Shown in pieces: positions 7,785 through 17,818 of a stretch of 64,000 nt of DNA (position 1 is the first letter of the stretch; each line of letters opens with the position of its first letter). Made by a program: the position numbers and the translations under genes. The DNA is taken from positions 77,705-141,704 of the forward strand of contig JAKFDA010000072.1 of assembly GCA_036676355.1 (NCBI GenBank), in the 5' to 3' direction. The DNA is from Nitrosomonadales bacterium. Lineage in GTDB: Bacteria > Pseudomonadota > Gammaproteobacteria > Burkholderiales > SG8-39. Under the pieces are notes generated by a model that saw only the letters and a program-made list of their open reading frames with translations, had not been told where the DNA came from and did not search any database.

Positions 7785-9338
7785 ATGGACGATTTGCTGC
7801 AACAACTCATGACATACCTGCGCGGCATGTGGCGCCGCCGCTGGCCCGGCCTTGCCGTGGCCTGGATCGTCGGCATCGTCGGCGCGTTCACGCTGTTCGA
7901 GATGCCGGACAAATATGAAGCGAGCGCGCGCGTATACGTCGACACCCAGTCGGTGTTGAAGCCGCTGATGTCGGGGCTCGCCGTACAGCCCAACGTCGAT
8001 CAGCAGATCTCGATTCTGAGCCGCACGCTGATCAGCCGTCCCAACGTCGAGAAACTGATCCGCATGGCCGACCTGGATCACAACGTCCAGACCAATCGCG
8101 AGAAGGAGCGCCTGATCGACGATCTGATGAAGACGCTGCAACTCAAGGGCAGCGATCGACAGAATCTGTACACCATCACTTATCGCGACACCAATCCCGC
8201 CGAAGCGAAGCGTGTCGTGCAGGCGCTGCTTTCGTTGTTTGTCGAATCGGGTATCGGCGACAAGCGCAAAGGCACGGATACCGCGCGGCGTTTCATCGAC
8301 GATCAGATTCAGACCTACGAGGCCAAACTCAAGGAAGCGGAAAACCGCGTCAAGGAATTCAAGCTCGCGCACATGGGCATGACCGGCGGTGACGGCAACG
8401 ACTACTTCTCCCAGATGCAGCGCCTCAACGAAGAACACAACCGCGTCCTGCTCGAACTGCGCGCAGCCGAACAGGCGCGCGACTCGTACAAGAACGAGTT
8501 GGGCGGCGAGGAAGCGGTCTATATGCCGGACGGCACGGCGCTCGCGCCGACGGGCCCCGCATCTGAAATCGATCTGCGGATCGAAGCGCTGCGGCGCAAC
8601 ATGGACGAACTGCTGCGTCGTTATACCGATGCTCATCCGGATGTAGTCGGCACACGCCGTGTGATCGCTTCACTGGAGGAAGAGAAGAAAACCAAGGCGT
8701 CGGTGCAGAAGGTCGACGGCACGCCGGGCGCGCGGCCGCTCAATACCAATCCCGTGTTCCAGCAGCTGAAGGTGGCGCTGGCCGAGTCCGAGGCCAACGT
8801 CGCCGCGCTGCAAGCGCGCGCCGATGAACTGCAAGTGCGCGTGGAGAAGATGAGAACGGCGGCGCAGCGGCTTCCCGAAGTCGAAGCGCAATACGCCGCG
8901 CTCAACCGTGATTACGACGTGCAGAAGCGGAATTACCAGACGCTCGTCCAGCGTCGCGAGTCCGCGACCATGTCGGGCGAAATGGATGCGGCCGCCGGCG
9001 TTGCCGATTTCCGCATCATCGATCCGCCCTCGGTCTCGGCGACGCCGGTCGCCCCCAACCGCCTGCTGATGCTGCCCGCCGTGCTGTTCGTCGCGCTAGG
9101 CGCCGGGCTGTTCTTCTCCTTCATCATCAGCCAGGCGCTGCCGACTTTCCACGATGCCCGCACGCTGCGTGAAATCGCCGCGCGCCCTGTGCTCGGCACG
9201 GTTTCCCTGTTGACGAATGCAACCATGAACCGCCAGCGACGGCGCAATGTCGCGCTCTTCGCCGGAGGACTGGCCGGATTGTTTGCGGTGTACGGAGCGG
9301 CGCTGATGCTGCTCACCATCGGTGGTCCGCGTATCTGA
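7785..9338 (+). CDS. Polysaccharide chain-length determinant (Wzz/EpsF-like, PEP-CTERM locus subfamily)
   Basis: 517 aa with an N-terminal TM, a long coiled-coil periplasmic region and a C-terminal TM pair. The N-terminus ...FEMPDKYEASARVYVD is the Wzz motif. Confidence 0.8.
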   Translation: MDDLLQQLMTYLRGMWRRRWPGLAVAWIVGIVGAFTLFEMPDKYEASARVYVDTQSVLKPLMSGLAVQPNVDQQISILSRTLISRPNVEKLIRMADLDHNVQTNREKERLIDDLMKTLQLKGSDRQNLYTITYRDTNPAEAKRVVQALLSLFVESGIGDKRKGTDTARRFIDDQIQTYEAKLKEAENRVKEFKLAHMGMTGGDGNDYFSQMQRLNEEHNRVLLELRAAEQARDSYKNELGGEEAVYMPDGTALAPTGPASEIDLRIEALRRNMDELLRRYTDAHPDVVGTRRVIASLEEEKKTKASVQKVDGTPGARPLNTNPVFQQLKVALAESEANVAALQARADELQVRVEKMRTAAQRLPEVEAQYAALNRDYDVQKRNYQTLVQRRESATMSGEMDAAAGVADFRIIDPPSVSATPVAPNRLLMLPAVLFVALGAGLFFSFIISQALPTFHDARTLREIAARPVLGTVSLLTNATMNRQRRRNVALFAGGLAGLFAVYGAALMLLTIGGPRI

Positions 9339-9348
9339 GAGGTGTGGC

Positions 9349-10278
9349 ATGAGTCTGATTGAGAAAGCAGCCAAGCGGCTTGAAGAACTGAAGCGGACAG
9401 GTGTCGCGGTGCCGGACGATCTGACCGCCGAGCGCGTCGAGCACGAAGATATTGCGCATTACGACAGCGGCGGCGAGCCGGAGTACACGCCTTTGCTGGC
9501 TACGCCGGTCGAGGAAGCGGATGGCCCGGTGCAATACAGTCGACAGGTCGACTTCGATCTGTCGCGCCTTGCCGCCATGGGCATGGTGACGCCGGAGGCG
9601 CCGCATTCGCCCATCGCCAATGAATTTCGCGTGGTCAAGCGGCCGCTGCTTGCCAATGCACAAGGCAAGTCGGCGGTGCCGGTGAAGAACGGCAATCTGA
9701 TGATGGTGACGAGCGCGCTGCCGGGCGAAGGCAAGAGCTTCAGCGCCCTGAATCTCGCCATGAGCATTGCGATGGAACTGGACAGCACGGTGTTGCTGGT
9801 CGATGCCGATGTGGCCAATCCGAATCTGTTGAAAGTGCTCGGCCTGCCGCCGGCGCGCGGATTGATGGATGTGCTCACCAGCGATGAAGTAACCCTGAGC
9901 GATGTCATTCTTCGCACGAGCGTCGAGAAGCTTTCGATCCTGCCGGCCGGTACCCATCATCAACGCGCGACTGAAGTTCTGGCAAGCGATGTGATGGCGC
10001 AACTGGTCGCGGAAATGGCGGCACGCTATCCCGATCGCGTCATCATCTTCGACTCGCCGCCGCTGCTGCCAACCACCGAGTCGCGCGTGCTCGCCACGCA
10101 TATGGGTCAGGTGGTCGTGGTGGTCGAGGCGGATACCACCACGCACAGCAATCTGAAACAGGCGCTGGGACATCTGGAAGATTGCCCGGTCGTCATGACG
10201 ATGTTGAACAAAGCCGTTCGATCCGAGGTTGCGCAGTACTACGGCTATTACGGTTACTCGCGTGCAACGCAAGCTTGA
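9349..10278 (+). CDS. Tyrosine-autokinase-like P-loop ATPase (EpsG/Wzc C-terminal-domain type)
   Basis: ATG at 9349 follows a GAGAGGTG Shine-Dalgarno motif. Walker A is SALPGEGKS and Walker B is VLLVDAD/IIFDSPP. The C-terminal tail YYGYYGYS is tyrosine rich. Confidence 0.8.
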   Translation: MSLIEKAAKRLEELKRTGVAVPDDLTAERVEHEDIAHYDSGGEPEYTPLLATPVEEADGPVQYSRQVDFDLSRLAAMGMVTPEAPHSPIANEFRVVKRPLLANAQGKSAVPVKNGNLMMVTSALPGEGKSFSALNLAMSIAMELDSTVLLVDADVANPNLLKVLGLPPARGLMDVLTSDEVTLSDVILRTSVEKLSILPAGTHHQRATEVLASDVMAQLVAEMAARYPDRVIIFDSPPLLPTTESRVLATHMGQVVVVVEADTTTHSNLKQALGHLEDCPVVMTMLNKAVRSEVAQYYGYYGYSRATQA

Positions 10279-10366
10279 GGAAGCGCCGACGAGTAGTCGA
10301 AGCTTCATCGCTCCGGAAACGCCGCCATGGACGTCGCTGTCACGTCCGGCGGGTTCCTGAGCGCGC

Positions 10367-11971
10367 ATGCGCCTATCAATATCAATAACGCTCAGGGATC
10401 TTGTGGGACAACAATTCGCCCGACGGAGAAGGGGCGCGGCCGGCGCTCGGCTTAAGCGTGCAATCGCAGCGCTCGCGGTCGCTTCGGTGTTTATCGATTC
10501 GCCTGCGCACGCGGCGAAATGGACGCTGGAGCCGTCCATTCGCGTGCAGGAAACGTTCACCAACAACGTGGGGCTGGATGAATCCGGCGACGAAGAATGG
10601 GATTTCATTACCGAAGTGGAACCGGGCATCTTCATCCGTGGCGAAGGCGACCGGCTCAATATGTCGCTCGACTATCGGGCGCTCGGGTTGTTGTACCTGG
10701 ATGACATGGATCGCAACCGCGTTAGTCATCGCTTGAATGGCAAGGGCACCTATGAAGCGGTAGAGGACCTCTTTTATGTGGATGCCGGCGCCACCGCCAC
10801 CGAGCAGTTCGAGTCCCCCTTCGGTGCGGTACCGATCGATTCCACCAGCGACACCGATAACCGTTACACCGCGTACTCGTATTATGTCGCGCCGTATTTG
10901 CGCGGCAGGCTCTTCGGCGACTCCACCTATCTGCTGCGTCACAGCAGCATCTGGACCAACTCGGGTCAGAGTTCGGTGCTGGACGACGCGTACACCAAGC
11001 AGTGGACCGGCCGCTTCAACACGCCGATCCGCACCTTCGGACTCGGTCTCACCTATGATCGCAGCGAAACCGAGTACGACAAAGGCATACAGGAACTGTC
11101 CACCGAAATCGCCAGGGCCATCGGCTATTGGCGGATCGATCCGCAGTTCATCCTGAATGCGCGGGCGGGTTACGAGAAAGTGGACTCGGTGTTCAGCGAC
11201 CGCTCGGAAGATATCTACGGCGCGGGCTTCCAGTGGTTCCCCTCGCCGCGCACTTCGATCGAAGCATTCGCCGAAGAGCGCGTGTTTGGCACCGGCTATT
11301 CCTTCAATTTCGCGCACCGGCGTCCGCTCGCCACTTTCCGCATGCGGGCGTCAAAGGATCTGACGACCTATAACCAGAACCTGTTCACGTTGCAAGAAAA
11401 CGCGGTGCCGATCGATCTGTACATGAACGTCCCGCAATTCGTATCGCAGTGGCCGGATCCGCTCGTAAGAGAGGCCGCGATCCAGGGGTTGATCCAGGAC
11501 GGCCAGCTACCCGAGACGCTGCTTGTGGGCGTGCCGTTCTACAGCCAGCAGATTCAGATCGTCGAGCGCCAGGATGCGTCGATCGCGCTGACCGGCGCCC
11601 GCAACACGGTGGTGTTCTCCGTGTATCGAAGCGAGAACGAAAACTTTTCCGGCGACGACGACGAGGCGGTGCAGCTCGACGCGCTGTTCGGTCGTCACAT
11701 CGAGCAGCGCGGAGCGCAGGTGAGCTGGACGCACAAGCTCACCGGCCGCACGCGCACCAACCTCAGTCTTTATCGCACCCATGTGGAGGAAAAGGAGCCG
11801 TTCAGCCGGGAATCCACCGCGCACACGCTGCGCGGGAGCATCAACACCGCGCTCGGCCCCAAGACCAATGCCTACGTCGGCGCACGCTACGTGATTTTCG
11901 ATGGCGACGAAGGCTCGTTTCACGACTATCGCGAGGCGGCTGTGTTCGCCGGATTCACACACAGGTTCTAG
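10367..11971 (+). CDS. PEP-CTERM-system-associated outer-membrane beta-barrel protein (TIGR03016-like)
   Basis: 534 aa with signal peptide ...FIDSPAHAAKW. It shows alternating beta-strand periodicity throughout and ends ...FAGFTHRF. Confidence 0.6.
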   Translation: MRLSISITLRDLVGQQFARRRRGAAGARLKRAIAALAVASVFIDSPAHAAKWTLEPSIRVQETFTNNVGLDESGDEEWDFITEVEPGIFIRGEGDRLNMSLDYRALGLLYLDDMDRNRVSHRLNGKGTYEAVEDLFYVDAGATATEQFESPFGAVPIDSTSDTDNRYTAYSYYVAPYLRGRLFGDSTYLLRHSSIWTNSGQSSVLDDAYTKQWTGRFNTPIRTFGLGLTYDRSETEYDKGIQELSTEIARAIGYWRIDPQFILNARAGYEKVDSVFSDRSEDIYGAGFQWFPSPRTSIEAFAEERVFGTGYSFNFAHRRPLATFRMRASKDLTTYNQNLFTLQENAVPIDLYMNVPQFVSQWPDPLVREAAIQGLIQDGQLPETLLVGVPFYSQQIQIVERQDASIALTGARNTVVFSVYRSENENFSGDDDEAVQLDALFGRHIEQRGAQVSWTHKLTGRTRTNLSLYRTHVEEKEPFSRESTAHTLRGSINTALGPKTNAYVGARYVIFDGDEGSFHDYREAAVFAGFTHRF

Positions 11972-11997
11972 GTGATTAGCGGAACAGGACACTTCTA

Positions 11998-13125
11998 ATG
12001 TACGAATCGTTTTACGGCCTCAGCGGCAAACCGTTCCAGCTCAACCCCGACCCGGCGTTCTATTACGCCAGCCGCGGTCACAAGCGCGCGTTCGCCTACC
12101 TGCAATACGGTCTGTTTCAGGGCGAGGGCTTCATTGTCATCACCGGCGAAGTGGGCGCCGGCAAGACCACGCTGCTGCGCGGTCTGCTCGAACAACTCGA
12201 CAGCAACAAAGTCGTCGCGGCGCAATTGGTCAGTACGCACCTGGACGCGGACGACATGCTCAAGGCGGTCGCCGCATCGTTCGGTCTGCCGATCAAATCG
12301 GCGGAGAAAGCGCAACTGCTGGTGCAACTCGAAAGTTATTTCGTCATGCTCGCCACCAAGCGCAAGCGCGCGCTGCTGATCGTGGATGAAGCACAGAATC
12401 TCACGCCGCGCGCGGTCGAAGAGTTGCGCATGCTGTCGAATTTCCAGCTCGACAATCACGCGCTGCTGCAGAGTTTTCTCATCGGTCAGCCGGAATTGCG
12501 CGAAACCATGCGCAGCCCGCACATGCAGCAACTGCGACAGCGTGTGCTCGCGTCCTATCACCTCGGGCCGCTCGATCAGGACGAAGGGCGGGCGTATATC
12601 GAACACCGCCTGCGGCGTGTCGGCTGGCAAGGCGATCCGGCTTTCGACACCGAGGCCTTCGAGGAAATACATCGCGCCACCAAAGGCATTCCGCGCCGCA
12701 TCAATACGCTGTGCAACCGCCTGATGATGTCGGGCTACCTCGGCGAAACGCATCGTTTCGAGGCGGGCGACGTGCTCACCGTGGCCGAGGAAATCAAGGA
12801 CGAACTCGGCGTCGAACTGGCGCCGGCCAGCGATGGGCAGTCCACGCGCGCCTATCCGGCATCGATCGCCCCCGCACCCGAGTCGATGCACAACGGCTTC
12901 CCGCGCGTGCCGCAGGCGAGCGAGTTCAATGGCGGCCGGCTTGCGGTCGATGCGGCGCACGCCGATCGCGCGCAGCAACTGTTGAGCGGCAGCGTGCTTT
13001 CCGGTCTGGAAGGGCGCATCACCAATCTGGAGCAGACGCTGCACGCCACGCTGTCGCTGCTGCAGCAACTTGCGCAGGTGCGCGCCGAATCGGCGGAGAC
13101 CACCGCAGAAAATCAGAGGCATTGA
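11998..13125 (+). CDS. ExeA-like AAA ATPase, PEP-CTERM locus subfamily (EpsI/secretion ATPase)
   Basis: Begins MYESFYGLSGKPFQLNPDP, with Walker A GEVGAGKTT and Walker B LLIVDEAQ. This is the characteristic N-terminus of this family. Confidence 0.85.
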   Translation: MYESFYGLSGKPFQLNPDPAFYYASRGHKRAFAYLQYGLFQGEGFIVITGEVGAGKTTLLRGLLEQLDSNKVVAAQLVSTHLDADDMLKAVAASFGLPIKSAEKAQLLVQLESYFVMLATKRKRALLIVDEAQNLTPRAVEELRMLSNFQLDNHALLQSFLIGQPELRETMRSPHMQQLRQRVLASYHLGPLDQDEGRAYIEHRLRRVGWQGDPAFDTEAFEEIHRATKGIPRRINTLCNRLMMSGYLGETHRFEAGDVLTVAEEIKDELGVELAPASDGQSTRAYPASIAPAPESMHNGFPRVPQASEFNGGRLAVDAAHADRAQQLLSGSVLSGLEGRITNLEQTLHATLSLLQQLAQVRAESAETTAENQRH

Positions 13126-13126
13126 G

Positions 13127-14290
13127 ATGGGCGATTTCGGACGCGGCCCCGGTCCGATCGTGTGCGTAGTTGGCGCCAGGCCGAATTACATGAAGATGGC
13201 GCCGATTCTGCGCGCCATCGCCGCCGAGCCGACCCTGCCGCGCGCGTTGCTGGTGCATACCGGGCAGCATTACGACGTGGCGATGAACGGACAACTGTTC
13301 AACGATCTGCGTTTGCCGCACCCCGATCTCAATCTCGAAGTCGGTTCGGCGACGCATGCCGTACAAACGGCCGAGGTCATGCGTCGCTTCGAACCCGTGC
13401 TCGACGATTTGAAGCCCTGCTGCGTGGTGGTCGTGGGCGATGTCAATTCCACGCTGGCTTGCGCGCTGGTGGCATCGAAGAAAAACGTGCCGATCGCGCA
13501 TGTCGAAGCGGGATTGCGCAGTTACGACCGTCGCATGCCGGAGGAGATCAATCGCGTCCTCACCGATCAGATCGCCGATCTGCTCTATACGAGCGAGCGC
13601 GATGCGCACGCCAACCTCGCCGCGGAAGGCATCGACGGGCAGCGCATCCACTTCGTCGGCAACGTCATGATCGACTCGCTCATGACGCATCGCGCCGGCG
13701 CGGTGCCGGCGAGTCAGACGCTCGCGCGTGCGGGCGCCTCGCTGGCCGTGCTCGATCATCCCGCCGGCTATGGCGTGGTGACGCTGCATCGCCCGTCCAA
13801 CGTCGATCAACCCGAAGCGCTGCGCGACACGCTCGATATCCTGCGCGAGGTGAGCGAACGATTGCCGCTGATATGCGCCCTGCATCCGCGCACGCGCCGC
13901 AACATCGAGCGCTTCGGCTTGAGCGAGCTGATCGCAGGGCCGACCTTCGCGGTGCTGCCGCCGCAGGGCTATCTCGAAATGCTCGGCTTGCAATCGTGCG
14001 CAACCATGGTGCTGACCGATTCGGGCGGCATGCAGGAAGAAACCACGGCCTTGTCGGTGCCGTGTCTGACGTTGCGCGAAAACACCGAGCGGCCGATCAC
14101 GGTCGAGCAGGGCACCAACATCGTGGTCGGACGCGATCGCCGGCTCGTGCTCGACAGCGTCGCGGCGATTCTGCGCGATGGCGGCAAGCGCGGGCGCGTA
14201 CCGGAACTGTGGGACGGCCATGCGGCCGAGCGGATTGCCGCGCATCTTGCACGGTGGCTGCATAGACAGCCGGTATACGCGGGGGCATGA
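13127..14290 (+). CDS. wecB: UDP-N-acetylglucosamine 2-epimerase (non-hydrolysing)
   Basis: ATG at 13127 lies 1 nt after the previous stop. Motifs VVGARPNYMKMAPI, VHTGQHYD, VVGDVNST, HVEAGLRS and TDSGGMQEE are the WecB/MnaA signature set. Confidence 0.9.
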   Translation: MGDFGRGPGPIVCVVGARPNYMKMAPILRAIAAEPTLPRALLVHTGQHYDVAMNGQLFNDLRLPHPDLNLEVGSATHAVQTAEVMRRFEPVLDDLKPCCVVVVGDVNSTLACALVASKKNVPIAHVEAGLRSYDRRMPEEINRVLTDQIADLLYTSERDAHANLAAEGIDGQRIHFVGNVMIDSLMTHRAGAVPASQTLARAGASLAVLDHPAGYGVVTLHRPSNVDQPEALRDTLDILREVSERLPLICALHPRTRRNIERFGLSELIAGPTFAVLPPQGYLEMLGLQSCATMVLTDSGGMQEETTALSVPCLTLRENTERPITVEQGTNIVVGRDRRLVLDSVAAILRDGGKRGRVPELWDGHAAERIAAHLARWLHRQPVYAGA

Positions 14291-14294
14291 AGCC

Positions 14295-15149
14295 ATGCTA
14301 CCCGTCCGTGCGGAAGATTTCGTCAATGCACTCACCATCGACGTCGAAGACTATTTTCAGGTCTCCGCGATGGCGCCCTACATCCCGCGCAGCGAGTGGG
14401 GACAGGTGCAGTGCCGTGTCGAGCGCAACGTCGAACGGATTCTGGAACTGCTGTGCGAGAACGGCGCGCGCGCGACCTTCTTCACGCTGGGCTGGGTGGC
14501 GGAGCGTTATCCCAGCCTGATCCGCGCCATTGTCGAAGAAGGGCACGAGCTCGCCAGCCACGGCTACGGCCATCATCGCGTGAGCGATCAATCGCCCGAA
14601 GCATTCCGCGCCGATATCCAGCTCGCCAAGATCGTGTTGGAAGACGCCGCCGGTGTGGAAGTGAAAGGCTATCGAGCACCGAGCTTCTCCATCGGCGAAA
14701 GCAATCTATGGGCGTTCGACTGCATCGCCGAAGCGGGTTATCGCTACAGCTCGAGCGTCTATCCGATTCGCCACGATCACTACGGCATGCCCGATGCGCC
14801 GCGCTTTCCTTACGAAGCGCGCGTCGGCCTGCTCGAAGTGCCGATCACCACGGTGCGAATGTTCAACGCCAATTTTCCCGGCGGCGGCGGCGGTTATTTC
14901 CGTCTCATGCCTTACGGCGTTTCGCGTTGGCTGATCAATCGCGTCAATCACCAGGACAGACGTTCGGCCATTTTTTATTTTCATCCTTGGGAAATCGATC
15001 CGGAACAGCCGCGCGTCAAAGGCATCGGCGCCAAAACGCGGTTCCGTCATTACGTCAATCTGCACCATACCGAGCGGCGCCTGCGCCGTCTATTGCGCGA
15101 TTTCAACTGGGATCGTGTCGACAAGGTGTTTCTGGGAGCGTACGCATGA
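14295..15149 (+). CDS. Polysaccharide deacetylase, PEP-CTERM locus subfamily (NodB fold)
   Basis: Starts ...NALTIDVEDYFQVSA. Contains ATFFTLGWVAE and ELASHGYGH. The ORF-track N-terminal extension (from 14178) overlaps wecB and is discounted. Confidence 0.85.
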   Translation: MLPVRAEDFVNALTIDVEDYFQVSAMAPYIPRSEWGQVQCRVERNVERILELLCENGARATFFTLGWVAERYPSLIRAIVEEGHELASHGYGHHRVSDQSPEAFRADIQLAKIVLEDAAGVEVKGYRAPSFSIGESNLWAFDCIAEAGYRYSSSVYPIRHDHYGMPDAPRFPYEARVGLLEVPITTVRMFNANFPGGGGGYFRLMPYGVSRWLINRVNHQDRRSAIFYFHPWEIDPEQPRVKGIGAKTRFRHYVNLHHTERRLRRLLRDFNWDRVDKVFLGAYA

Positions 15150-16210
15150 AGCCGGCCGACGCGCGTGTGTCCACCGAAGCGGCCATGCGCGTGCGCGCCT
15201 ATACGCCCGACGATGCGGAGCGCTGGGAAGCGTTCGTCGAATGCTGCCCGGACGCGACCTTCTTTCATCGCATCGGTTGGAAGACCGTGCTGGACGAAGT
15301 GTTTCGCCATCGCACGCATTACCTGATTGCCGAGCGCGACGGCGGCATCGTCGGCGTGTTGCCGCTGGCCGAGGTGAAGACCTTGCTGTTCGGTCACGCC
15401 TTCACGTCTCTGCCCTTCGGCGTGTACGGCGGCGTGGCGGCGACGGAGGCCGGCGCAATCTCTGCGCTGCATCGAGCCGCGCAGGACCTCGCTGAACGCA
15501 GCGGGGTATCCCATCTCGAATTGCGCAATCGCGCGCCGCGGGAGGAGACCTGGCCGCGGCAGGAGCTATACGTCACCTTTCGCAAGGACATCCTGCCCGA
15601 CGTGGAAGCCAACATGCTCGCCATACCGCGCAAGCAGCGCGCAATGGTGCGCAAGGGCATCCGGCACGGTCTGACGGGTCGCATCGATGCGTCGATCGAT
15701 CGTTTCTTTCGCCTGTATGCGGACAACGTCAGGCGGCATGGCACGCCGGCATTGTCGCGCAGGTATTTCGAAACGCTGCAGCGCGTGTTCGGCGACGATT
15801 GCGAAGTGCTGACCGTCACGGACGCGCGGGGCGTGCCGCTATCGAGTGTGCTGTCGTTCTATTTTCGCGACGAAGTGCTGCCCTATTACGCCGGCGACGA
15901 CGTGCGTGCGCGCGCTGTGGCCGCGAACGACTTCAAGTACTGGGAACTGATGCGCCGCGCGTGTGAGCGCGGTTGCAAGGTGTTCGATTACGGCCGCAGC
16001 AAGCGCGACAGCGGCTCGTTCGATTTCAAGAAGAACTGGGGCTTCGAGCCGACGCCGTTGTTCTACGAATATCGCCTCTATCGGTGCGAAGAGGTGCCGC
16101 AGCACAACCCGAACAATCCGAAATATCGCGCGCTGATCGCGTTATGGCGACGATTGCCGACGCCGGTCGCCAACGCACTCGGCCCTTATCTGGTGCGCGG
16201 GCTTGGATGA
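15146..16210 (+). CDS. FemAB-family protein, PEP-CTERM system-associated
   Basis: The ATG overlaps the previous TGA (ATGA). Motifs FFHRIGWKTV..., LPFGVYGG and YYAGDD...NDFKYWELM resemble the FemAB/GNAT-pair fold. The 604-aa ORF in the track is an upstream out-of-context extension. Confidence 0.75.
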   Translation: MKPADARVSTEAAMRVRAYTPDDAERWEAFVECCPDATFFHRIGWKTVLDEVFRHRTHYLIAERDGGIVGVLPLAEVKTLLFGHAFTSLPFGVYGGVAATEAGAISALHRAAQDLAERSGVSHLELRNRAPREETWPRQELYVTFRKDILPDVEANMLAIPRKQRAMVRKGIRHGLTGRIDASIDRFFRLYADNVRRHGTPALSRRYFETLQRVFGDDCEVLTVTDARGVPLSSVLSFYFRDEVLPYYAGDDVRARAVAANDFKYWELMRRACERGCKVFDYGRSKRDSGSFDFKKNWGFEPTPLFYEYRLYRCEEVPQHNPNNPKYRALIALWRRLPTPVANALGPYLVRGLG

Positions 16211-16231
16211 GCGACATGATCGGCATCGCTA

Positions 16232-17818
16232 ATGATCGAGGAGCACGCCGTGCATGCTGAACGGCAGATCGAAGCGCAACTGGCGCTCGCGCTGCGACCC
16301 AGGCGAGCCGGCCTGATCTTGATCGTCGCGCTGTCGCTCATCGCCATCTTCGCCTGGCACTGGGAAACCTTCTATTCCATGGCGACGACATGGTGGCGTA
16401 CGGAGACTTTCGCCCACGGTCTGCTCGTTTTGCCGATATTCGGCTATCTGGTGTGGCGCGATCGCGATCGCCTCGGTGCGGTCACGGTGCGCCCTCACGC
16501 ACCTGCGCTGATCGGTCTGGCGCTTGCCGGTTTCGTCTGGATGCTCGGCGATCTTTCCGCGACCATCGGTGTGTCGCAGTTCGCCATGGTGGCGATGGTG
16601 CCGCTCGCGGTGTGCGCGCTGCTCGGCGTCGCGGCGGTTCGCGCACTCGCCTTTCCGCTCGCTTTCCTTTTCTTCGCGGTGCCCTTCGGCGGTTTCATGT
16701 TGCCCTGGCTGATGCAGATGACGGCCGACTTCACCGTTGCCGCCGTGCGGTTGAGCGGCGTGCCGGTGTACCGTGAAGGGATGATGTTCTTTCTTCCCAC
16801 CGGCGCATGGTCGGTGGTCGAAGCGTGCAGCGGCCTGCGCTATCTCATCGCGTCGATCATGGTCGGCGCCCTGTACGCCTATTTGACCTATCGCTCGCCA
16901 CGGCGGCGATTGCTGTTCGTCGGCGTGTCCATTGTCGTGCCGCTGATCGCCAACTGGTTGCGCGCTTATCTGATCGTGATGCTCGGCCATCTCAGCGACA
17001 ACCGGCTCGCAACCGGTGTGGATCACCTGATTTACGGCTGGGTCTTCTTCGGGCTCGTGATGCTGATCATGTTCTGGATCGGCGCGAAGTGGCGCGAAGA
17101 TCTGGACGACACGCAGCCGGTACGCAAACCGGTGCTCGAGGTGGAAACGGAAAAATACGGCGTGTCGCGCTCCGGCATAGCAGTGATCATCCTGGCGACA
17201 GCGCTGATCGGATTGTGGAAGCCGGCGGCTTACGCGCTCAACGAACCGACCGGACAGAGCAGTGTTGCGCTGCAACCGATCACATCGACCGCTGACTGGA
17301 CCGCGACGGCGCGGCCGTCGATCGAATGGGTGCCGGCATTCGATGAGCCGAGCGCGTCTTTGCATCAGGCATTTCGCAACGGCGATGCCGAGGTCGCATT
17401 GCTCGTTGCGTACTACCGGGAGCAAACCCAACAGTCCGAGGCGGTGAGTGGCGAGGGCGACCTGGTCGAAAGCGCGGATCGGCAATGGCGGTTGATCAGT
17501 ACGCGGCGCATTCCGCTTGCGATCGGCGCTGACCGCGTGAGCGCCGTGCGCACGGAATTCGTTCATCCGCGCGAGCGCGTGGTGGCCTGGCGCTGGTATT
17601 GGGTCGGCGGGCACATGACCGCCAACGCCTACACCGCCAAGGCCTACCTCGCCTGGGCCAAGCTGACGCAACAGGGCGATGACTCGGCCGCCATCGTGCT
17701 CTATACGCGCAAGCGCGATACGACCGATCCCGCCGACCCGCGCCTGGCGGATTTGCTTGCCGAGATGTCACCGCAGCTTGTCGCCACTTTGCAGCGCGCG
17801 CACGCGCAGACGCCATGA
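16232..17818 (+). CDS. xrtA: Exosortase A (XrtA/EpsH) fused to a C-terminal EpsI-family domain
   Basis: 528 aa. The multi-TM N-terminal half carries the exosortase catalytic motifs ACSGLRYL (Cys), NWLRAY (Arg) and DHLIYGWVFF (His). One further TM is followed by about 200 aa resembling EpsI/DUF3485 (...VALLVAYYREQ...WRWYWV). Confidence 0.9.
   Translation: MIEEHAVHAERQIEAQLALALRPRRAGLILIVALSLIAIFAWHWETFYSMATTWWRTETFAHGLLVLPIFGYLVWRDRDRLGAVTVRPHAPALIGLALAGFVWMLGDLSATIGVSQFAMVAMVPLAVCALLGVAAVRALAFPLAFLFFAVPFGGFMLPWLMQMTADFTVAAVRLSGVPVYREGMMFFLPTGAWSVVEACSGLRYLIASIMVGALYAYLTYRSPRRRLLFVGVSIVVPLIANWLRAYLIVMLGHLSDNRLATGVDHLIYGWVFFGLVMLIMFWIGAKWREDLDDTQPVRKPVLEVETEKYGVSRSGIAVIILATALIGLWKPAAYALNEPTGQSSVALQPITSTADWTATARPSIEWVPAFDEPSASLHQAFRNGDAEVALLVAYYREQTQQSEAVSGEGDLVESADRQWRLISTRRIPLAIGADRVSAVRTEFVHPRERVVAWRWYWVGGHMTANAYTAKAYLAWAKLTQQGDDSAAIVLYTRKRDTTDPADPRLADLLAEMSPQLVATLQRAHAQTP

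Noticed and set aside
14396-15145. N-terminal extensions of track ORFs that overlap the preceding gene. Examples are the 604-aa version of the FemAB-like gene, the 593-aa version of the ligase, the 518-aa version of the dehydrogenase, and the 747/606/610-aa versions at 57.5-62.7 kb.
   Set aside because: The extended parts are Arg-rich low complexity in the alternative frame of a real upstream gene. Internal ATG/GTG starts with ATGA/GTGA coupling or Shine-Dalgarno motifs give proteins of canonical length.
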